A DNA stretch of 63,738 nucleotides, counting the filler, from Guillardia theta CCMP2712 (Eukaryota > Protista > Cryptophyta), in assembly GCF_000315625.1 (NCBI RefSeq). It is 4 parts of 4 records of this genome, joined end to end, with 100 filler letters (N's around TTAATTAATTAA, not from the genome) between each part and the next. Parts side by side here need not be neighbours in the genome. Positions count along the whole stretch, not along the records: positions 30,874 to 52,552 come from NW_005434593.1; 3 more parts are not named here. One strand, written 5' to 3'. The translations under genes were made by a program, and so were the position numbers. Positions 36,891-46,559 of the stretch are shown here, piece after piece; within the stretch, counting starts at the first letter, position 1, and each line of letters opens with the position of its first letter. The notes below the pieces were generated by a model. The model worked only from the letters and a program-made list of their open reading frames with translations. It had not been told where the DNA came from and ran no database searches.

Positions 36891-37920
36891 GCCGTCTGGT
36901 GTGCGGTACCGGTGAGGGCCCGGAGGGCCCTCACCCTTCCTCCCCCCCTGCAGCCGGGCGCCCGCAGGGGGGGAGGAAGGGTGAGCCTGCAGGGGGGAGG
37001 AAGGGTGAGCCCTTTTTTAAGTTCGCCCTTCCCTTAACCCCTGTGACAACTCAGCTGATCAATCTCACCATCCCATCTGTGACAGAGGTCCGATCACTGT
37101 CCGATCACTGAGTCCATCCGATCCTAGCACGAACGTCGAATGATTCTCACTAGCCTCGGACCCTGATAGCTTTGAATGAAGTGAATCACTGAGGCTCTTC
37201 AACGACCTTGAGTAAAAGTCAGCACCGTGACCGTCAAACAAACGAACTGAGTCAGCCAAAGACTTGAAGTTGGCCAGCCGCTGAGCGGCCATGACTCAAT
37301 AGTACCATACTGCTTTTAACTCAACTTTGAGTCGGAGTAAATGTTTGACCGTGCTCGGAGCCTCGGAGGTTGACTGACGGACCCCTACCCCCACCCACCC
37401 CCTCCCCCCACCCCTCTCCCAGAGACTCTGACGTTTACTCAAAGTAAAGTTAATCTGACACTCTTTGGGCAGCTCCCGGATCGGTCTATAGCCGCATCTC
37501 AACCGTCCTCTACCTCAACGATTTCCTAAGTTAGCTCATTCACCATTCTCACATCCTTGCTCCATACCATCCTCCTGCCCTACCCCCATGGACCAGGCAC
37601 CCCTTTTAATCAACGAACCCCCCCCCTCCCCCAAAGCTACAAAATCGCACTGTTGGCTCGATTCCGTCACTCGCCCCCTCTCTGTAGCTTCCCAGTCTCA
37701 CTCTCGGTCGCTGTCCCTCCTCCCAGGCTCCCTTCCTCTCATACTTTTCTTCCTACATTCTCTCTCAGCAATCCCTCCCCCCCTCCCCCTCCCCCTCCCC
37801 ATCCCCACAACCCGTCTCGCGTACAGATCGTGCCAAAGTACCATCCTTTTTTATTGTGACTGTATGGATTGAATCACACAACCGCACAAGAATTCAAGTC
37901 ATAGATAAAGCCAGCAAACC

Positions 37921-38283
37921 ATGACCAAGGACGACTGCAGCTGCACTTTTTCTCCGTTCCCCTCCCACGTCGAAATGTCGCCGTCCACTATTCCTTGCTT
38001 TCACGGAATCGACGCGATCCCACGCAAGCCCGCTGCTGATCAAGGCAGCATCTTAGAAACAGGCATCATGCGCTCAAACTTCGATGAGCAGCAAGAGGAC
38101 TGGCCTGAAGCCAGCTTGGAAGAATCCTTCAACCTCCCTCGCAGCATCTCGAGGATTGGGAAGAGGCTGCTTCAGTCATCGATCGAGGCGGACGGAAGCT
38201 GGACGGTGATATCTGCAAGCTGGTATGATCCAACGGCGAGGAGGATGTACAACCAAAGCATCTCGAGGACAACGGCAAGCTGA
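37921..38283 (+). CDS. Small unknown-family protein, copy 2 (120 aa)
   Basis: MTKDDC...SLEESFNLPRSISRIGKRLLQSSIEADGSWTVISASWYDPTARRMYNQSISRTTAS. Confidence 0.8.
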   Translation: MTKDDCSCTFSPFPSHVEMSPSTIPCFHGIDAIPRKPAADQGSILETGIMRSNFDEQQEDWPEASLEESFNLPRSISRIGKRLLQSSIEADGSWTVISASWYDPTARRMYNQSISRTTAS

Positions 38284-38918
38284 ACAACAGAATCGATCGC
38301 ACAAGCAAGACAACAGTGGAAGAATTTAGGGACGATGTTATGGATAGTGTGATGCTGTTTGTTGATATAGTGTACAACTGTAATATTAAAGGCTTTGATG
38401 CGTTGAAGCATACACTTTGGACTTCTTGCAGTCTAATGGGGTATCCTGTCAGGATACCCCATTACGAAAACTAAAGATGCTCCTCCCAAGAGAATCATCG
38501 CAATCTTGTGGACGTGCGGCTGCTGAAGATGCCATCTGGTAGGACGCAGGGAATCTCCAGCCTCTAAGGAGTCCTCAGAGTGCACTGCATTGTGTTGCTC
38601 AGGTTCTGAAATGAGTCCCTTCGAGTGTACAACGTCCAATTCACTAATAAACTCAACTACTACTACACCGAGCCGTAAAGATGCTAATCAATAACTTTTC
38701 AACAACAACTCATCAACCTCTACACTGAGAAGGCTATCTGGAGGGTCCATTCCTCTTACATTTTGTTTGTTTTGTTCGAGTATTCTTCTTGTATCTTTGC
38801 TTTACTATTTACAACCAGTGTACACTTATTTACAGCCTGCCTCCTTGTTCCTCCCTTAAACTCCCTCCCCTCCCCTCCCCTTCTCGCCAGCTTCCGCCCT
38901 CCTCTCTATCCCTGCAGC

Positions 38919-39170
38919 TCAGTTCATGATGTCCCACGAGATGCTCTGGTTGTACAGCCTCCTCGCCGTCGGCTCGTAGCTGCTCGTGTAGATCGTGGTC
39001 CAGCTTCCGTCCTCTCGCTCGAGGGATGACTGAAGAAGCCTCCTCCCCACGCAAGCCTGGGAGACGTTGCAGTGGAAGGTAGCGCCGATGCCGTGAACGC
39101 AAGGATTCAGCGAGGGCATGTCCATGTGGGCGGGAGAGGGAGGGAGAGTACAACAATCGCCTTTAGTCAT
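38919..39170 (-). CDS. Small unknown-family protein, copy 3 (83 aa)
   Basis: MTKGDCC... with the C-terminal 43 aa identical to copy 1. Confidence 0.8.
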   Translation of the reverse strand: MTKGDCCTLPPSPAHMDMPSLNPCVHGIGATFHCNVSQACVGRRLLQSSLEREDGSWTTIYTSSYEPTARRLYNQSISWDIMN

Positions 39171-40342
39171 TGGAAATGGATTTGCAGAGTGAGGGATCAA
39201 ACTTGAAACCGATGGCAATCAAAGTGTACGAGTGATAGCTGTGTGAGGTCTCGTTTGCTAGCGATGGAAGATCTCTGATCGTTTCGTGCTCTTGAGAGTG
39301 TCTGTGAGCTCAAGAGAACAAGTGTAGAAGTCAGGAAGTGAGGGAGGACTTAATTTCTCGTGGTACGATGAATTGGGCAACAATCTGGTCATCCGAACAG
39401 ATCGGACCGGTGTGTATAACGTTCACGAAGGGGGTGGGGGTAGTGTCAGCGACAAGATAAGTCCGTTCGTGCAGACTCTGATAGGCCGGGAGCTTGGAGC
39501 CTTCCGAGGTAAAGTCCACTGATGAACAGGCGCGAGGTTAGGGCCCTTGAAGAGTATTTTGAAGGATGTGAGCGTTTCCCTACTCGTCATCTCAAGAAGT
39601 CGCCCGACGGGCCGTGACGCCGGAGGGCCGGCCAGAGTCATGGGCCACTCACGAATAGAACAACGATGATAGCTCGAGGCCCTGAGGATTTTACTTGTAG
39701 CCGAAGCTGAGTTGTGTTTGTCCTCGTACTGATTTTTAACTTAACTTTGCGTAAAAGACGGGGAGTCCCAGCGCCGTGACCACAGTTAACTGCATAACTC
39801 ACCCTCGGCTTTGAGTAAAATGTAACTCAGCACACACGTAGTACTGATTTTAAGTAAAAGAGGTTGGCACTGAATGTGCTCCGACTCGGCCCAGTGGAAC
39901 TCAGTGAATCAATCAGCGGATGATCAGGGCGGATGATCAGGGCGGTGATCTTGACGACAGCATTGTGACAACTTTGACGCGCACGGGCACCCATCTGTCA
40001 TGCATCATCCGATTTGGTTGCGCAATGGCAGTCACGGATTGAACACAGGGGAGTCTGATCCAAGGAGAAGAATGCACCATCAAGTTACAAGTGCAAAAAT
40101 CCTAAGCACCGCTGCCAGTCACACCAATGTGAGCCAATGCGAGCCGACGGTGGCTGTACAACTTGGCGAGGGAGGGAAGGGGTCTAAGGAGAAGGGAACA
40201 AGAAGATTGTAAGAATTCAAGGTCCAGGTGTGCGAAATTTGATGCGTATATAGACAGGTCACGCAGGATCAAGGATTGCGGAGAAAAGGCTCAAATGGCT
40301 GGGTTTATTTACATTTCATCGGCTCCGCCTTTTCGTCCCCGT

Positions 40343-40711
40343 CTATTTCATCGTCTCCCTTGAGATGCTTTGATTGTACAGCCTCCTCGCCCTCCCGTCG
40401 TGCAAGCTCGCGTACGTCGTGGTGTATCCGCCGTCGGGGTCGTAGGAGGACTGAAGAAGGCGTTTGCCTATTCTGGGGCTACGGGGGGAGTTGAAGGAGT
40501 CCTCAAGGCTACTGGCAGAGCAGTCGTCTTGCACAGGGTAAAGGCTTGAATGAGTGCGTACAAGATCGAGGATGCTGCGACTAGCAGCAGGCTTGATTGA
40601 GCCGCTCGTAGACAGACTGTAGATGTCTGAGGAGGAGGATTGCTTTGAAGGCGACCGTAATGGGTGGTCGATGATTATTTCGGACGCGGAGGGATTGCTG
40701 GTTTCGATCAT
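40343..40711 (-). CDS. Small unknown-family protein, copy 4 (122 aa)
   Basis: ...SLEDSFNSPRSPRIGKRLLQSSYDPDGGYTTTYASLHDGRARRLYNQSISRETMK. Confidence 0.8.
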   Translation of the reverse strand: MIETSNPSASEIIIDHPLRSPSKQSSSSDIYSLSTSGSIKPAASRSILDLVRTHSSLYPVQDDCSASSLEDSFNSPRSPRIGKRLLQSSYDPDGGYTTTYASLHDGRARRLYNQSISRETMK

Positions 40712-40763
40712 CTTCTCAGTGGATCGGTTATATGCAGTATCGAGCCTTCGAAATTTCTTCGAT

Positions 40764-41318
40764 CTTCTTCGCTTCTTCGCTTCTTCGCTTCTTCGCTTCT
40801 TCGCTTCTTCGCTTCTTCGCTTCTTCGCTTCTTCGCTTCTTCGCTTCTTCGCTTCTTCGCTTCTTCGCTTCTTCGCTTCTTCGCTTCTTCGCTTCTTCGC
40901 TTCTTCGCTTCTTCGCTTCTTCGCTTCTTCGCTTCTTCGCTTCTTCGCTTCTTCGCTTCTTCGCTTCTTCGCTTCTTCGCTTCTTCGCTTCTTCGCTTCT
41001 TCGCTTCTTCGCTTCTTCGCTTCTAGCTTCTTCGCTTCTTAGCTTCTTCGCTTCTTCGCTTCTTCGCTTCTTCGCTTCTTCGCTTCTTCGCTTCTTCGCT
41101 TCTTCGCTTCTTCGCTTCTTCGCTTCTTCGCTTCTTCGCTTCTTCGCTTCTTCGCTTCTTCGCTTCTTCGCTTCTTCGCTTCTTCGCTTCTACGCTTCTT
41201 CGCTTCTTCGCTTCTTAGCTTCTTCGCTTCTTCGCTTCTTCGCTTCTTCGCTTCTTCGCTTCTTCGCTTCTTCGCTTCTTCGCTTCTTCGCTTCTTCGCT
41301 TCTTCGCTTCTTCGCTTC
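40764..41318. repeat. 8-bp tandem repeat (CTTCTTCG)n, about 70 copies
   Basis: Directly visible, with few variants. Confidence 0.95.
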
Positions 41319-41947
41319 CTGGGCTCCACCTGGCTTAAATGTTTTATGTTCCGACGACTGACCAATTGACCGTCAGCCGAATCTTTGACTGTTTTTTTTC
41401 TTCGACGAGATGAGCGAGTTAACTTTAAAAACACTCACGCTAAAATAGAGAACGTGCACCACGGTACTGATCCCGCCTTGTCAAGTTATGGCAGAGCCTC
41501 CGCTTCTCTTTCCCTTGAGACTTGATGAGACTCGAGAATTTCTCTCACTTCTCTTGACTGAGAAAGTCACCACTGAAACGACGTGAAGTGAGAACTCAGA
41601 ATGGGCGGCCAGAGGGTGGTCGACGGGGTTGCCGAGAGGTGTATCTAGTTGATGATGAGTGATACGATAAGAATGTTTACTACCGACTGATCTGGAGATA
41701 ACCGAGGAAACCCGCTTCATGACTACAACTGGAGAGAAAACAAGCCCGCCTCGTGAAGGTGTCTTCAAAATGCCATAATTTGAGTAAAAATCAAGCGATA
41801 TGAGATGTGCTGGTTGTGATTACATGTTGTTTGAAGTTTGCGAGTCCTTTACTTTTCTTACTAGATCATTCATATCGCACATCCATATCATACATCGCAG
41901 ATTTCCTCCCCTGCTCGACTACTTCACTGCTTCTACAGTTATCCATC

Positions 41948-42328
41948 CTATTTCATCGTCTCCCTTGAGATGCTTTGATTGTACAGCCTCCTTGCCCTCC
42001 CGTCGTGCAAGCTCGCGTACGTCGTGGTGTATCCGCCGTCGGGGTCGTAGGAGGACTGAAGAAGGCGTTTGCCCATCGAAGGACTGCTCATCGAAACATG
42101 TTTTGAAGATTTTGTTTTGGAACATTGGCTTGAATTGAAGGAGTCCCTCAGATTCGGAAATGGCCACTCAAGAATCTCTTCTCTGCTAAAAGGGTCGTGT
42201 TCAAAAGACAAAGCAGAGATATCAGCTACAATGTTTTCCCCGGAAATCTTAAGTTCTTCGGGACATTGCACTGATGGAGCATCCTTGTGGATATCGAAAT
42301 CGATGGGAATGGGCACGTTGTCGATCAT
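41948..42328 (-). CDS. Small unknown-family protein, copy 5 (126 aa)
   Basis: C-terminal 41 aa identical to copy 4; mostly unrelated N-terminus apart from LRDSFNS. Confidence 0.8.
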   Translation of the reverse strand: MIDNVPIPIDFDIHKDAPSVQCPEELKISGENIVADISALSFEHDPFSREEILEWPFPNLRDSFNSSQCSKTKSSKHVSMSSPSMGKRLLQSSYDPDGGYTTTYASLHDGRARRLYNQSISRETMK

Positions 42329-42877
42329 GCTGCTTGTTCTATGAAGGAATGCTGAGCACAGGTTTTCAGGATACTGAGAAGGACGAGGAGCAGAAGATCA
42401 GAATTGTGAACAAGAGGTGGATAGACGAGAGGAAGGGGAGGTTGAAGCAACGGAGTAGAGGGAGGGAACAGAACAAGGAGACGCTGTGGAGGATGAAGAC
42501 GGTGTTGTCTATGACTATTTATCTAGAGGGGGGGGCGGGGCTTTCGTAGTACATGTCAGCTTCATCGGTCTCCACCGGCGGAACCCCTACCCCAAATGAT
42601 CCCAAATTTCAACTGCAAAGGGGGGGTGAAGAGGGTACTCCTAGATGACCGGATTACTACAGAAAGAGAGGCGTACGACGTTAGAAGATCGCAACGATTC
42701 GATTGCTGACAAAACGGTTGATTCCTATCTTGTTGTCAAGGCCTCGCAGATAAATTGAATCGAGCAGTGAGGCGAGCTCGAAGTGATGATCTGAGGCAAA
42801 CCCGGTCAACAACAGAGGGGGTACTTGTACTGAGGAGAATTGAGGGGGTAGGGGTAGGTCTTGGCAAGTGCCTGGCG

Positions 42878-45677
42878 ATGGCGGCCGAAATGCTGGGCAA
42901 GGGAAAGCTGCTGGTGGTGGTGATGGTGATGGCGACAGGTAAGAGGAGGAGGAGGAGAGGAGGAGGAAACAGATGAAGAAGAGAAGGGAGAGCAAGAGTA
43001 AGGAGGTCGGGTGAGAATGGTGAAATGCAGCGGCGGAGGATCATACAGATACAAAAGACATATAGGGGACAACAGGCGTAAGGTAGACATAGAGCCTGAA
43101 GTAACGATGGATTGGGTAGAGAAGGAGGAAAGAAACGAAGAGAGGTAAAAACGAAAACTTTCTGTGAAGCGAGATCATACTATACAGGAAGAAAGAGGTT
43201 TGGATAGAATGTGGAGAATTTGGGCAATGAACAAGGGTCAGAAGTGAAAGATTCCCTCCCATGATGAGGATTTGCTGAAATCACTACAGGAGTCTCAGGC
43301 TTCAGCAGCTTTGGATCGCTCAGGTCACTCAGACCCCTTGCCTCCTCCATCCATCTTATCCCTCCCTGCCACTCGCAACCCTCTCCCCCTCCGCCTACCA
43401 ACCCCCCCTCTTCTTCTCCTTCCTCCCCTCCCTCCCCAACTCCTCTTTCCTGCTTACACATGCTGACACACAGCAGTTTGCACTCCTCTCCAAGACTTTC
43501 TCATCTTCCGATCAGACCGAGACGGGGAGATGTGAATCTTAGAAGGCTGGAGATGGTCGCAGACGCCGACATTGTTAATGGAGTATTCCCTGTGAGTGCA
43601 GACGCGCTCAAATACTTTCTGTGAGTATTGAAGTGTCATCTCTTTCATCTTTATCTCTATCTACATGATTATCTTCACCTTCATCGCCATGTCAATCATT
43701 TGTGTCACATTCGTTACTCATCATCTCCATCTCCATCATCATCTCCATCATCATCTCCATCATCATCTCCATCATCATCTCCATCATCATCTCCATCATC
43801 ATCTCCATCATCATCATCATCATCATATTCATAATCATCATCTCAATCATCATCAACATCACCATGAATCATTACTATCAGCTCCATCACCATACGAGCA
43901 CCCACAAGCAAGTGACTTTTGACGCCGCAGCGCCGGAGGAATCTCAGCATCAGTCTCGCACGGAGGGACGGTACCCATAGACGGTCCGACCGTTGAATCT
44001 TGTCAAATCGCTGGAGACGATTGTAACCTTCTGCCGTTACAGTTGTCAAGACAAGGCTTCAGACTGACCCTTCTATGAGAAATTCGAATTTCATAGTGGG
44101 AACGAAAACTATCATCAGGAACGAAGGAGCTTCGACGTTGCTGGGGGGTCTGGGTAGCACCTTGATAGGATATGCGATCCAGGGGTCGCTCAAGTACGGG
44201 TTCTACGAGCTTTTCAAGCCCGTCGTCCTTGCGAGTGAGAACGTGGGGGGGATGAGATGGTGGTTGAGGTAGCGAGTGAGGCAGAGACAGAGACGAGGAC
44301 GAGAACTTGAAGGGAAGAGAAGAAAGAGAATAACAGAGTCCGAGACAACGGCGAGGAAGTCAGAAATTTGAAAGCAAAGGAAGGAGGAAGGGAGAGGAGG
44401 AAGGGAGGAGGGAATGGGGGTCAGGGAGGGAAGTGAAGAGAGGGAGGAAGAGGGAGGGAGGAAGGGGGAGGGATAAATTGCAGACACGCGTTGCGTTTCG
44501 CTCTCCCCTGTTCTCAGCGTCGCCTTACAGCTTGTGAGCAGAAGTGACGGACCAGAAGCTCGTTGCCTTCCTCCTCGCTGCCGCCATGGCTGAGCTGATC
44601 GGCAGTACGGCTCTCTGTCCCCTAGAGGCCACCAGGATCCGACTTGTCGCCGATCCCTCCTACGGAAGGGAAGTTTTCGATGCTCTCCCACGACTGATCG
44701 AAGAGAAGGTATACAGACCCCTCCTGCCTCCTCATCCATCCCTCAATCAACCCCCCCCTCTCGAAACCCTCTCCCCCTCCGCCTACCAACCCCCCCTCTT
44801 CTTCTCCTTCCTCCCCTCCCTCCCCAACTCCTCTTTCCTGCTTACACATGCTGACACACAGCAGTTTGCACTCCTCTCCAAGACTTTCTCATCTTCCGAT
44901 CAGACCGAGACGGGGAGATGTGAATCTTAGAAGGCTGGAGATGGTCGCAGACGCCGACATTGTTAATGGAGTATTCCCTGTGAGTGCAGACGCGCTCAAA
45001 TACTTTCTGTGAGTATTGAAGTGTCATCTCTTTCATCTTTATCTCTATCTACATGATTATCTCCTTGTATTTCGTCTTCACCTTCATCGCCATGTCAATC
45101 ATTTGTGTCACATTCGTTACTCATCATCTCCATCTCCATCATCATCTCCATCATCATCTCCATCATCATCTCCATCATCATCTCCATCATCATCTCCATC
45201 ATCATCTCCATCATCATCTCCATCATAATCATATTCATAATCATCATCTANNNNNNNNNNNNNNNNNNNNNNNNNNNNNNNNNNNNNNNNNNNNNNNNNN
45301 NNNNNNNNNNNNNNNNNNNNNNNNNNNNNNNNNNNNNNNNNNNNNNNNNNAGAGCTACTCCCTCCTCCAGTCAGCAGACTTCGAGCAGACTCCTGCCATC
45401 AAGTTCACCATCTCCACCCTCTGCGCGATGGTAAGGGATGAGCGGGGAAAGGAGGAAGGCGGTGGAAGAGGAAGTTGTGCGGGGAAGGAAGGGAGGAGGG
45501 GGAGGGGGAGGAATGAGGAGGCGGGAGGCGGAGGACTAGGAAGAGAGCAGGGGGAGACAGAGAGAGGGGGGAGGAGGGGGACGGGGAGGGGAGACAGAGT
45601 GATAGGGGAGGGGAGGGACGGGGAGGGGTGGGGGGAGGAAGCGAGAAGGAGGCAGGCTGCAGATCCAGAACGAGGAA

Positions 45678-45714
<37 letters not shown>

Positions 45715-46212
45715 CGATGTTTCAGGGAGGTTAAGTGACGGCGTGTAGGTTGCAGCGATCGCAAGCTCGTTGGCGTCACAGCCTGGCGATTCGATCCTGT
45801 CGGAAGTGAACAAGGGAGGAGAGAAGACGATCGCAGATGTTATCAAGAGCTTCGAGTTGTCAGATTACTTCAGAGGAACTCAAGCGCGACTCGTTCATAT
45901 GATGTAAGTGCCGCAGCAGCCTCTTTGTTCTGCTCCTTCACTCCCGCTCACTGGTGGTTTGACTTGTGACTTGAACGCTTGAAGTGATGTGTTAGTGATT
46001 GTTTGCTTTTGCTCAACTTGAAATGATATTGCTCTTCGTCTCCCTCTTCCTCTCCCTCTTCCTCTCGTGCTGTATGCTGTACTCTTGTCATGATGTGTCC
46101 TTGATTCCTTCACATCTCTCATCGTTACAACAGGTCTATTGTGACGGTGCAGCTTGTCTTGTATGACATCATCAAGGCCTCTGTTGGTTTGAGTGCGACT
46201 GGAGCACACTGA
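42878..46212 (+). CDS. Mitochondrial-carrier-family phosphate transporter (PiC/MIR1/SLC25A3-like) with bipartite leader; interrupted by a gap
   Basis: KYFL/AGGISASVSHGGTVPIDV/VKTRLQ; GLGSTLIGYAIQGSLKYGFYELFK; ALCPLEATRIRLVADP; ASQPGDSILSEVNK; VQLVLYDIIK. Confidence 0.9.
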
Positions 46213-46559
46213 CACTTGCAAGAACTGACTCTAGACCTCTCCTCTCCTCTCCTCTCCTCTCCTCTCCTGTCCTCTCCACTCCACTCCTTTCCCTCTCCCT
46301 CCCATCTCTCTTCCCTTCATTCTCCTGTTCTATTTCTGTCTCTGCCTTTCCCTCTTCCAGTGGTCTACTCTGATTTTCCTTGGCTTGACAATCTTGTCAT
46401 ATTGAACTAGAAGTTGTCAATCGTTTTGTTTCTTCTCTTTCGAAATACAACCGCGAATTTTCTTTCATTCCTCTTCTCCTGTTTCTTCCTCTACAGGGTT
46501 TATTCCCATCCTGCAAACAAACAAGATGTCACCATCACATTGACTTGTGACATGCACAG

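Noticed and set aside
40623-41434. LLRFFASS and RRSEEAKK repeat proteins
   Set aside because: Frames kept open by the 8-bp repeat only.
44716-45250. Duplicate of 43335-43850 inside the phosphate carrier gene
   Set aside because: Near-identical copy abutting an N gap; most likely misassembly or an allelic haplotype.
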